A program made the position numbers and the translations under genes. This document shows positions 9,151-17,575 of a stretch of DNA of 64,000 nt, piece after piece. Numbering within the stretch: the stretch's first letter is position 1; each line of letters opens with the position of its first letter. Source of the stretch: Bacteroidales bacterium (lineage in GTDB: Bacteria; Bacteroidota; Bacteroidia; Bacteroidales; TTA-H9); the NCBI GenBank assembly GCA_035411425.1, contig DAONSX010000001.1, positions 65,678 through 129,677 on the forward strand, written 5' to 3'. A model generated the notes under the pieces. The model was not told the origin of the DNA and ran no database searches. It was given only the letters and a program-made list of their open reading frames with translations.

Positions 9151-10971
9151 ATGTTGAAGTTGAGGCTCATATTTATTCTTTTTTTGCTGGGTATGTTCCT
9201 TCCTTATGGTAAGGGAGAAACAAGTAAAGAGATTGCATCTTCGAAAAATGTCGGAATAATCAAAAGAATAGATTCTCTTTTGCTCGCATCGGAAAATTTG
9301 ACTAATAGTCCTGAACGAATGCTTTTTCTCTCGATGAAAGCCGATTCGTTGTCGAAAAAATTTGCATATCCATATGGTATGATAAGTTCATCGTATAATA
9401 TAGCCCGTGCCATGTTTTATCAAAGCAGGTTGAAAGAATCATATAAACTTTTGGATTCGCTTTTAATAGCCATAGAGTCGGATTCGGCTGCAATAAGTAA
9501 AGTGATGAATTATCAGGTAGGTCGTTCCAAGATATATTCTTTGATGGCCATCATATTTCAGGAGCTAGATGAATATGAACGCTCGATGGATTATTACTTC
9601 AAAGCCTTGAAACTAATTGAAAAAGGCGGGCAATCTTATGATGTTGCTTTAATCTATAAAGGTCTTGGAGGTTTGAATCTAAAAGCTGGCAACTTCGGTA
9701 AAGCCAATGAATATTTTAATAAAGCCTTGATTGCCAGCAATAAATTTGCAGACCCACAAATAAAATTCGACATTTACCAGGAACAATATGAATACTTTAA
9801 GAATAGGAAAGAATATTCGAAAGCATTAGAATTTTCTGTAAAAATGATTGGTTTATCTAAAACTGCAGAAATTCCTTACATGACGGCTATTGCCTTAAAA
9901 AATTCGGGAGAAATTTATTATTTATTGGACGAACCTTCATTAGCTAAAGCCTATTTATACGAAGTTATTCACAATGAGTCTTATGAGGAATTCCCTAATG
10001 TATTGTCTGAATGTTATGCTATATTGGCCCGATTGTTTTTCGATGAGAGCGAGTATACCGAAGCAGAAGGTTATGCCCAGAAAGCATACGAAAAGGCATT
10101 CAATACTTCGAGATTATCATTGAAAGCTAACGCTTTATATGAATTGGCCAAGAGTCAGCAAGCCATTGGAAAATTTAGTGAGGCATTTGATCATTTAAAA
10201 CTCCATTTGTTATATAAGGATTCTCTGAATAATATAAATAACACCCATAAAATATTGCAAATATATTCGAAAGCTGAACTCGATAAAGTAATGACCGAAA
10301 AGAAATTATTAGAAAATCAGTTAACCATCAAAATGCTGGAAAGCTCCAGAAAAGGTCATCTGCTTATTGGTTCTATATTGATCATCTTATTGTTAAGTTC
10401 ATTGGCACTTATTATGGTGAAGAAATATAAATTCGAAAAAGAGGTAAATAAAAAACTCGAAAGACAACAAGCCATAATCAACGAGCAAGAATTGATCATC
10501 GAAAAGGAAAAAGAAAATCAGTTGAAAATAGAACTCGAACATAAAAATCGTGAGTTAATTACACATACTATGCTGTTAACTCAAATGCATGAAGATAAGG
10601 TTAAACTTATAGATGAACTTCAGGAAATTTATAGCAAGGTGTCGAAAGTGGATAAAGACAGCGCTTCTGTAATTGCAGGTAGAATCAATGCTTTACGTAA
10701 TAGTATCAATGCCAACACATGGGAAGATTTTAAAACTTATTTCGAAAATGTTTATACTGATTTTTATTCGAATTTATTGGCTGCCTACCCAAACTTAACC
10801 CCTAACGAAAAAAAATTATGCGCTCTGCTCAGATTGAATCTTAACACAAAAGAAATTGCAGCTATCACTTCACGTGAAGTAAGAAGCATAGAATCGGCAC
10901 GGACCAGATTGAGAAAAAAATTGGGTCTTTCTCCTAATACCAATCTTTCGATTTTTCTTTCCAAGTTTTAA
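9151..10971 (+). CDS. Membrane-spanning one-component regulator: signal peptide, TPR sensor region, TM helix, coiled coil and a C-terminal LuxR-type HTH
   Basis: Signal-like N-terminus MLKLRLIFILFLLGMF, TPR-like repeats, TM helix LLIGSILIILLLSSLALIMV near residue 400, a K/E coiled coil, and the C-terminus LTPNEKKLCALLRLNLNTKEIAAITSREVRSIESARTRLRKKLGL (GerE/LuxR HTH). Confidence 0.8.
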   Translation: MLKLRLIFILFLLGMFLPYGKGETSKEIASSKNVGIIKRIDSLLLASENLTNSPERMLFLSMKADSLSKKFAYPYGMISSSYNIARAMFYQSRLKESYKLLDSLLIAIESDSAAISKVMNYQVGRSKIYSLMAIIFQELDEYERSMDYYFKALKLIEKGGQSYDVALIYKGLGGLNLKAGNFGKANEYFNKALIASNKFADPQIKFDIYQEQYEYFKNRKEYSKALEFSVKMIGLSKTAEIPYMTAIALKNSGEIYYLLDEPSLAKAYLYEVIHNESYEEFPNVLSECYAILARLFFDESEYTEAEGYAQKAYEKAFNTSRLSLKANALYELAKSQQAIGKFSEAFDHLKLHLLYKDSLNNINNTHKILQIYSKAELDKVMTEKKLLENQLTIKMLESSRKGHLLIGSILIILLLSSLALIMVKKYKFEKEVNKKLERQQAIINEQELIIEKEKENQLKIELEHKNRELITHTMLLTQMHEDKVKLIDELQEIYSKVSKVDKDSASVIAGRINALRNSINANTWEDFKTYFENVYTDFYSNLLAAYPNLTPNEKKLCALLRLNLNTKEIAAITSREVRSIESARTRLRKKLGLSPNTNLSIFLSKF

Positions 10972-11022
10972 CTCTCTTTAAAAGCATAAATATTCAGAAT
11001 GCCGTTTACTTACATTAATTCT

Positions 11023-11622
11023 TTACTTTTTTGGCGGTTCCTGAACATCGAATTTCGAAATAATCATAGCGAAGTCGTAAAGGCTGTTAAATCGATAATC
11101 AATTAACATAGGGTGCTTCCTTGCAAGTTGTTCATCTGCAATTAAAACTGTGATCATTCCCAGATTATGTCCGAAAACCATATCACTTATCATATCGCCC
11201 ACCATCATCGAATGTTTAAAATTTAATGCAGGAAAATCGTGTCGGGCGCGTAAAGCCATTCCAGGCCGCGGCTTACGACAAGTAGAGTGTGAAACCTTTA
11301 GATCGGGGCAATGATATATGGCATGTATCTCACCTCCAGCCTTGCGTATTTCTTCTTTCATAAAGGAATGTATTTCGTTTAATTGCTCTTCTGTCATCTT
11401 GCCTTTTCCTATGCCTTGCTGATTAGTCACTACTATGATGGGATAGAACAGCTTGGAAAAAATGCTCATTGCTTCCAATGCTCCGGGTAAAAATTCGAAT
11501 TCAGCTGGCCGGGTAACATATCCCCCCACTATCCTTCGGTTGATGACACCGTCTCTGTCGAGAAAAAGGGCAAATTTTCTATCAGAATTCAAAAGCTCTA
11601 AACTCTTCCTGCGCTCGTTCAT
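11023..11622 (-). CDS. gmhB: D-glycero-D-manno-heptose 1,7-bisphosphate phosphatase (HAD family)
   Basis: LFLDRDGVIN (HAD motif I), VVTNQQGIGKG, CRKPRPGM, and MVGDMISDM. The start was moved to the ATG at 11622 (MNERRK...) because the track's longer ORF runs 300 nt into hddC. A 41-nt overlap with hddC remains. Confidence 0.85.
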   Translation of the reverse strand: MNERRKSLELLNSDRKFALFLDRDGVINRRIVGGYVTRPAEFEFLPGALEAMSIFSKLFYPIIVVTNQQGIGKGKMTEEQLNEIHSFMKEEIRKAGGEIHAIYHCPDLKVSHSTCRKPRPGMALRARHDFPALNFKHSMMVGDMISDMVFGHNLGMITVLIADEQLARKHPMLIDYRFNSLYDFAMIISKFDVQEPPKK

Positions 11623-12289
11623 AATCTTCTGGAATTCCAATGTCGATAAAGTATTGGTAACATTTGTGGGCATAAACAGGATGTTTGAGATAAATTTTTT
11701 CGAATAAGTCTTTTTCGAGTGAGAACTTTTCGGGCAAGGCTTGTCTAAGGAAGAAATCCTTGTGGATGACATAAGTTCCACCATTAATCCAACCTGAGCC
11801 TTCCATGCTTCCTTTTTCTCGAAAAGCTGTAATACGGCCTGTTTCGTCAAATTCGACAGTTCCATATCTGGTAACATCATTTACCTGTCGCACCACAATC
11901 GTAAGATCTGATTTCATTATGAGGGTAAAATCATACAACTTTCCCAAATTCACCCTGAACATGGTATCACCATTCATTACTACTACTTGTTTGCCTTCTG
12001 CTTTCTCCAATGCTTTTTTCACCGCACCTCCGGTTCCTAAGGGTTCATCTTCTCTGGAGTATTCTATATTCATGTACTTGTATATGTTATGAAAATGTTC
12101 CTCGATTTTTTCATGCAAATAGCCTGTAGCCAATATAATTTTTTTTACTCCATACATTTCGAGGTAGTCCATCACATATTCCAGAAAAGGTTTTCCATTG
12201 ACGGGGGCCATGCACTTAGGCATATCGGGTAAAGCCGAACGAAGTCGGGTACCTAATCCACCGGCCAGAATAATGACTTCTTTTATCAT
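11582..12289 (-). CDS. hddC: D-glycero-alpha-D-manno-heptose 1-phosphate guanylyltransferase-type nucleotidyltransferase
   Basis: N-terminus VIILAGGLGTRLRSALPDMPKCMAPVNGKPFLEY is the sugar-1-P nucleotidyltransferase signature. The 235-aa size and its position between gmhA and gmhB fit HddC. Confidence 0.8.
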   Translation of the reverse strand: MIKEVIILAGGLGTRLRSALPDMPKCMAPVNGKPFLEYVMDYLEMYGVKKIILATGYLHEKIEEHFHNIYKYMNIEYSREDEPLGTGGAVKKALEKAEGKQVVVMNGDTMFRVNLGKLYDFTLIMKSDLTIVVRQVNDVTRYGTVEFDETGRITAFREKGSMEGSGWINGGTYVIHKDFFLRQALPEKFSLEKDLFEKIYLKHPVYAHKCYQYFIDIGIPEDYERAQEEFRAFEF

Positions 12290-12883
12290 TCAATGAGGAT
12301 GAGCAGGGTTGATAAACAGTTCTTTTTCAATTTGTTCGCACAAAATGTGTCCGAGTAGAATATGTGCTTCTTGAATCCGGGGTGTATCTTTCGAAGGTAC
12401 ATTGATAAGATAATGAACGAGGTTTTTCAGTTTGCCTCCAGTTTCACCCGTGAGGGCAGCTGTCGTGATTGCTTTTTCATTTGCTGCTTCCATGGCTCGA
12501 AGAATATTCGTCGAATTGCCTGAAGTAGAAAGGCCAATCAGTATATCACCCTTGTTCCCAGTGGCACGAACCATTCTGGCGAAGACTTCTTCGTAGGCAT
12601 AGTCATTGGCTACGGCTGTTAAAAATGAGGTATTGACATGAAGGGCTTCGGAGGGCAGGGGAGGGCGGTCGAAATAAAATTTGCCCGAAAGCTCGGCGGC
12701 CAAGTGTTGCGCATCGGCTGCACTTCCGCCATTGCCGCAAAAAAGTACCTTGCCTCCTTCCTTGAAACATCGAATACAGGCTTCTGTCAAAAGAGCAAGA
12801 TTTTGCAAAAGCTCTCTATTGTTGATGATATTCTGTTTCAGGACGATAGATTCTTCGATTCTTGAAATAATAAACTTTTCCAT
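12290..12883 (-). CDS. gmhA: Phosphoheptose isomerase (SIS domain)
   Basis: KVLFCGNGGSAADAQHLAAELSGKF and GLSTSGNS are GmhA signatures. Length is 197 aa. Confidence 0.9.
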   Translation of the reverse strand: MEKFIISRIEESIVLKQNIINNRELLQNLALLTEACIRCFKEGGKVLFCGNGGSAADAQHLAAELSGKFYFDRPPLPSEALHVNTSFLTAVANDYAYEEVFARMVRATGNKGDILIGLSTSGNSTNILRAMEAANEKAITTAALTGETGGKLKNLVHYLINVPSKDTPRIQEAHILLGHILCEQIEKELFINPAHPH

Positions 12884-12903
12884 ACTTCAAGTAAAATATT
12901 TAA

Positions 12904-13926
12904 TTAAAACGACCAAGTAGACAAACCCTGTTGGGTGAATTCGTAATTCACGACAAAACCTCCGAAAGGTTTAAGAGCTTCAGCCAATCGATATCTATGA
13001 TTTTCGGGACAATAGAACATCATGAATCCACCACCACCGGCTCCTGAAATTTTACCTCCAATAGCTCCATTTTGTAAAGCAGTGCTATAGATACTATCAA
13101 TTTGTGGATTGGTAATTCCATCAGCGATTTGTTTCTTATGTTCCCAGCCAAAATTCAAGATTTCGCCTAATCTTCTCAATTCGCCCTTCAATAGAGCTTC
13201 TTTCATCATAAAAGCCTGTTCCTTCAATTTTATAGTGGCCTTGGTACGAAGCTGATGATGACTGGCAATGGCTTCTGCCTGATTTTCGATGATACGGCTC
13301 GAATCGCGACGGGTTTGTGTATAAAATAGCACCAAATCGTGCGTAAGTTCATCTAAATATCTTTGATGAATACGAAGTGGATTAACTATGACTTTATTAT
13401 CACCATAAAATTCCATAAAGTTAAAACCACCGAAAGTAGCTGCATATTGGTCTTGACGGCCACCGGGCATTCTTAAATCCTGTCTTTCGATTTCATAAGC
13501 CAATTGAGCCATATCATATTCTCCTAAAGGCAATGAAAGCATCTCAGTAAAAGCTCCGAGTATGGCTACTACGAGTGCTGACGAAGTTCCCAACCCAGAA
13601 CCTGGCGGCACATCGACGTAAGTTTCTAATCGCATAGCAACAGGTTGATGCGTAAACTGTCTAACTATTCGGTTATAAACTCCTGCATGAAGTTCGAGCC
13701 CCTTTTCGGGAATAATTTCTTCTGATAGAGCATACTCTCTGCGAAAACCTCTGTCAATGGCATGTAAGACAATGTGCGATGAATCATCGCAAATAATGGA
13801 AGCTCTTGCATAAAGATTGATGGTAGCATTGAGCACCGCTCCTCCATATAGATCACAAAAAGGAGATACATCGGTTCCTCCTCCTGCAAGGCCAATTCGT
13901 AATGGAGCTTTACTTCTGTATATCAT
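12904..13926 (-). CDS. hddA: GHMP-family D-glycero-alpha-D-manno-heptose 7-phosphate kinase
   Basis: RIGLAGGGTDVSPF, the GHMP ATP motif PPGSGLGTSSALVVAILGA, and SGAGGGGFMMFY. The track ORF starts at a TTG (13944); I prefer the ATG at 13926 (MIYRSKAPL). Confidence 0.85.
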   Translation of the reverse strand: MIYRSKAPLRIGLAGGGTDVSPFCDLYGGAVLNATINLYARASIICDDSSHIVLHAIDRGFRREYALSEEIIPEKGLELHAGVYNRIVRQFTHQPVAMRLETYVDVPPGSGLGTSSALVVAILGAFTEMLSLPLGEYDMAQLAYEIERQDLRMPGGRQDQYAATFGGFNFMEFYGDNKVIVNPLRIHQRYLDELTHDLVLFYTQTRRDSSRIIENQAEAIASHHQLRTKATIKLKEQAFMMKEALLKGELRRLGEILNFGWEHKKQIADGITNPQIDSIYSTALQNGAIGGKISGAGGGGFMMFYCPENHRYRLAEALKPFGGFVVNYEFTQQGLSTWSF

Positions 13927-13941
13927 TTGCCTAGGTTTTGT

Positions 13942-13949
13942 CAAATATA
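13942..13949 (-). promoter_or_regulatory. Candidate -7 box for the heptose operon
   Basis: The minus strand reads TATATTTG, 16 nt upstream of the ATG at 13926. Confidence 0.4.
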
Positions 13950-14584
13950 TTTTTTGAAGATATTTCGTGTAACTTTCATTCGTTGAAATGAGAATGTAAA
14001 ATTACGACCTTTTCGGTAATGAAGGGCTGACTGACTTTAGTTCCATTGCATGCGTCGGAAACTCAATTTTATTGCCTCAACATTTATTTATTGAGCAAGC
14101 GATCGATTTTTTCGAGAATATACTCCTTGCAGAAGTGCATGCTGATGTAATTGTTACATCTGGCTTCCGAGGTTTGTCACGGTTGTGTTCGCAAGTATAA
14201 GTTGTTTGTGCCAGAATGTACACCTTGGATAAATTAAAAGGTTTTAACATGCATGATAACGGCTGTGGCAAATGATATACTCTGCATCATGATTCTCAAC
14301 TTTTACCTGTCGAGAAAAATTAAGGCGACATAGAAGACGATCATGGTGAGATTGTATGATATCAATGATCATCATCAAGGAAAAGTTTAGAATTTTACAA
14401 ACCCATGAAATTATTCTATGGAAATTTTTTATGGTATTTTTTTGAAACGAATTATTATGCGAATATCGAGGATAAAATTGATCTACAAAGCGAAAAGGCC
14501 ACAATACATAACGAAATTCAAGACGGAAAAGATTTCGATAATTGCTTGAAAATCAATTGAATGTAAAAATGGTTCATTTCCTTG

Positions 14585-15724
14585 TTATAGAAATTCTTCG
14601 AAAGTTCTGATGAGTCCCTCCCAGGTAAACTTTTGTTTTTCTTTCTTTATATGTTGAACGAACTCATTTGTATTACCTAAGGAATAGAATTTGTAAATAG
14701 CATCGGCTAAAGATTTAGGGTTGGGTTCAACTACATAGCCTACTTTACCATCGGGTACCATTTCGGGCAAGCCTCCAACATTAGTTACTATCATGGGTTT
14801 TTCGAAATAATAAGCAATCTGGGTTACACCACTCTGAGTAGCCGATTTGTAAGGCTGGACAATGATGTCTGAAGCACAAAACCAGGCAGGAACTTCGGAA
14901 TTGCTGATAAAAGAATTATGCATCACGATTCGTTCACTAAGATTCAGATCGCTTATCATTTTTCTATAAGGCTCGGCATTAGTGTAAAATTCTCCAGCAA
15001 TGATCAGTTTTACGGGTAGTTTTTCGAAACGCTTGTCGGTGAAGGCCTGTAAAAGAATATCGAGTCCTTTGTATTCACGAACAAAGCCAAAAAACAACAT
15101 ATACCTGAAAGATGGATCGAGATCGAGCTTTTGACAGGCTTCCTCACGCGAAAGGGGCTTGCCATAAGTATCGTATAAAGGATGAGGATAAAATTTTCGT
15201 GGTTTCCTATTGCCGAAGCGGCCAATATCTTCAAGCACCGACTTCGACATGGCCACAAAGCCATGGCAACTTCCCAAAAAATATTTCGATAAGCAGGTAT
15301 CGAAAAAACGTGCTTCATGAGGAATAATATTGTCGATGATGGCTACGATTTTGGTAAAATGATTTTTTTTGACGATTCGTGCAATCGTACCCATACAAGG
15401 TGCCATAAAAGGCATCCAGTAACGAAGAACCAACAGAAGAGGTCGTTTGTTTTTGATTTCGCGTCCAACTTTAATCCAGTTGAAGGGATTTATAGAATTG
15501 ACTTTAGTGAGAATGTTCAACCCAACAGGCGGAGGATCGGTAGAATATTGAGTTTTGCCCGGAAAGAATAAAGAAGGATATTGAAGACTAAAATTGTAGA
15601 TAGTAACTCTATATCCTGCGTCCTTAAAAGCCTGCGCAAGTCGCTCGTTGAAGGTGGCTAATCCTCCGCGTAAAGGATAGGTGGTTCCTAAAATAAATAT
15701 TTCAATATCAGATTGATCGGTCAA
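14585..15724 (-). CDS. Glycosyltransferase family 4 (GT-B fold)
   Basis: The C-terminal half reads FGFVREYKGLDILL...QPYKSATQSGVTQIAYYFEKPMIVTNVGGLPEMV, the E-x7-E type GT4 region. The only in-frame start is a TTG at 15724, overlapping the upstream GT2 gene by 17 nt. Confidence 0.8.
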   Translation of the reverse strand: MTDQSDIEIFILGTTYPLRGGLATFNERLAQAFKDAGYRVTIYNFSLQYPSLFFPGKTQYSTDPPPVGLNILTKVNSINPFNWIKVGREIKNKRPLLLVLRYWMPFMAPCMGTIARIVKKNHFTKIVAIIDNIIPHEARFFDTCLSKYFLGSCHGFVAMSKSVLEDIGRFGNRKPRKFYPHPLYDTYGKPLSREEACQKLDLDPSFRYMLFFGFVREYKGLDILLQAFTDKRFEKLPVKLIIAGEFYTNAEPYRKMISDLNLSERIVMHNSFISNSEVPAWFCASDIIVQPYKSATQSGVTQIAYYFEKPMIVTNVGGLPEMVPDGKVGYVVEPNPKSLADAIYKFYSLGNTNEFVQHIKKEKQKFTWEGLIRTFEEFL

Positions 15725-16661
15725 ATCCGGTTCGTTTTTCGATTAAATATTTATTTCTATCGTGCGATGTTCGGGAAATAAGCTCTCCTACAAATCCTGC
15801 TGTAAACAATTGAGTTCCCAATATCATCGAAAGAAGTCCGAAATAGAATAAAGGCCTCTGGGTCATTTTATATTCCGCCAGGAAAAATTTAGCATAAGCC
15901 AGATAGCAGGCTATAAGAAATCCTATGAAAAACAGAGCTGTACCTATGAGACCGAAAAAATGCATGGGTTTTTTCCCAAACCTTCCAATAAAACTAATAG
16001 AAATCAAATCGAGAAATCCATTGATAAATCGATTTAGTCCATACTTACTTTTCCCATGTTTACGGGGATAGTGTTGAACGACTTTTTCTCCAATCTTTAC
16101 AAACCCAGCCCATTTGGCAATAACAGGAATATAACGATGCATTTCTCCATAAATCTCAATAGCTTTTACCACCTCGTTGCGGTAGGCCTTCAATCCGCAG
16201 TTGAAATCATGTAACTTGATATGTGTAGCTTTGCGAGTAGCCCAGTTATAAAGTTTTGTAGGGATAGTTTTTGAAGGCGGATCATATCGTTTTTTCTTCC
16301 AACCCGATACCAAATCATATCCTTGATTTTTTATCATTTGGTAAAGCTCGGGGATCTCATCGGGGCTATCTTGCAAATCGGCATCCATAGTGATGATTAC
16401 CTCACCTATTGCCGCTTCGAAACCCGTATTTAATGCTGCGGCTTTACCATAATTCCTGCGAAACTTGATGGCTTTTACATGCGGATCATCATGATTCAAA
16501 GCTTCGATGATTTTCCATGAATCATCATTGCTGCCATCGTCAATAAAGATAATTTCGTAAGAAAATCCGTTTTGCTGCATTACCTTAGTAATCCAGGCAT
16601 GCAATTCAGTAAGCGATTCAGCTTCGTTATATAAAGGAATAATGATAGATATATCCATCAA
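15708..16661 (-). CDS. Glycosyltransferase family 2, polyprenyl-phosphate sugar transferase type (GtrB/ArnC/DPM1-like) with two C-terminal TM helices
   Basis: ISIIIPLYNEAESL, IIFIDDGSNDDS, the DAD motif in ITMDADLQDSP, and C-terminal TM helices (FFGLIGTALFFIGFLIACYLAY, LFYFGLLSMILGTQLFTAGFVG). Confidence 0.85.
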   Translation of the reverse strand: MMDISIIIPLYNEAESLTELHAWITKVMQQNGFSYEIIFIDDGSNDDSWKIIEALNHDDPHVKAIKFRRNYGKAAALNTGFEAAIGEVIITMDADLQDSPDEIPELYQMIKNQGYDLVSGWKKKRYDPPSKTIPTKLYNWATRKATHIKLHDFNCGLKAYRNEVVKAIEIYGEMHRYIPVIAKWAGFVKIGEKVVQHYPRKHGKSKYGLNRFINGFLDLISISFIGRFGKKPMHFFGLIGTALFFIGFLIACYLAYAKFFLAEYKMTQRPLFYFGLLSMILGTQLFTAGFVGELISRTSHDRNKYLIEKRTGFDRSI

Positions 16662-17221
16662 TCGTGGGTACTGATTTCTTCGTCAGAAAAACTGGGAATG
16701 GGTTTTTTTCTGGTAAAGGCAGAAATAATCAGTGCAAAAATAAGGCTCATGGCAATATTCCCATAGAATCCCTGCAAAGCCGATTTTAAAGGAGTTACAC
16801 TTTCTACCCTTGCAATAGCACTGTCCAGAGCTTCGCCCGTCAAGGCAGGATTCTGTTCCAGCATCTCGATACTGCGTTCAATAGCTTCTGTAAAATAGGA
16901 TGGATCAAAATATTGGTAAAATACATAAGAATAAATCCCACCAACGATAGCTGCAATAACTCCCGTGAAGAAAGAATTCAGCAAACCATCGGTGTAGGTC
17001 AAAATGCCATTCAGCTTTTTATCTCTTAGGATTTTATTACTGTAATAAAGAAATCCAATGTACATAGCCAGAGATATTAGAAGATTTACTATTCCAAAAA
17101 CAGTATTAAACTGGTCGAATCCGGCAATGTAATATATCAGGCTGAGGAGAATGAAAACAACTCCCATAAGGGCTCCATATTTCAAACTATTGTTGAGCGT
17201 AAGGATTAATTTGTTTTTCAT
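16658..17221 (-). CDS. DUF4199-like small integral membrane protein (187 aa)
   Basis: It has four predicted TM helices. Its size and its position immediately upstream of the GT2 gene (4-nt overlap) match the Bacteroidota DUF4199 arrangement as I remember it. No catalytic motif is present. Confidence 0.6.
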   Translation of the reverse strand: MKNKLILTLNNSLKYGALMGVVFILLSLIYYIAGFDQFNTVFGIVNLLISLAMYIGFLYYSNKILRDKKLNGILTYTDGLLNSFFTGVIAAIVGGIYSYVFYQYFDPSYFTEAIERSIEMLEQNPALTGEALDSAIARVESVTPLKSALQGFYGNIAMSLIFALIISAFTRKKPIPSFSDEEISTHD

Positions 17222-17316
17222 AGTTTAAAGGTATTTTTACTTATTGAGCAAAGGTAAAAATATTCACGAAATTGTAAAAATCTTTCGATAAAGAATAAAA
17301 AATTAGAATTTTGTTG

Positions 17317-17324
17317 TATTTTTG
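17317..17324 (+). promoter_or_regulatory. Candidate -7 box for the SRP RNA
   Basis: TATTTTTG ends 4 nt before the predicted 5' end of the SRP RNA. Confidence 0.45.
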
Positions 17325-17328
17325 CAAA

Positions 17329-17425
17329 GGGTAAGTCTTATACGACCAGCTCCCGATGAACTCCCCCAGGTCCGGGAGGAAGCAAGGGTAATCGGTCGTA
17401 GCGGTGCGATATAAGGAGCTTACCC
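17329..17425 (+). ncRNA. ffs: Signal recognition particle RNA (small bacterial 4.5S type, ~97 nt)
   Basis: It contains CCAGGUCCGGGAGGAAGCAAGG, a near match to the universal helix-8 motif AGGUCCGGAAGGAAGCAGC. The termini GGGUAAGUCUUAUA and UAUAAGGAGCUUACCC pair, as do the internal CGACC / GGUCG. The overlapping 72-aa minus-strand ORF is spurious. Confidence 0.8.
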
Positions 17426-17524
17426 TTTCTTATTTTATAGATTTTTATCTTAACGAGGCTGAACAATACTATTATCACTCTTTCACCGTAAGAAATTTGT
17501 AAAGATGCATGAGATGCATCGGAA

Positions 17525-17554
17525 GAAAAAACCTGCTTTTGAGCAGGTTTTTTC
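17525..17554. terminator. Bidirectional terminator between the SRP RNA and the convergent TonB-dependent receptor gene
   Basis: AAAAAACCTGCT-TTTG-AGCAGGTTTTTT: a 6-8-bp stem flanked by an A-run and a T-run. Confidence 0.65.
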
Positions 17555-17575
17555 ATGGCGCATGAAATAGAAATA

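Noticed and set aside
11623-11880. N-terminal 86-aa extension of the gmhB ORF in the track
   Set aside because: It would overlap about 300 nt of hddC. The HAD motif I (DRDGVIN) lies shortly after the internal ATG at 11622, giving a normal ~199-aa GmhB.
17338-17556. 72-aa minus-strand ORF
   Set aside because: It overlaps the SRP RNA and the bidirectional terminator, and the SRP helix-8 motif explains the sequence conservation.
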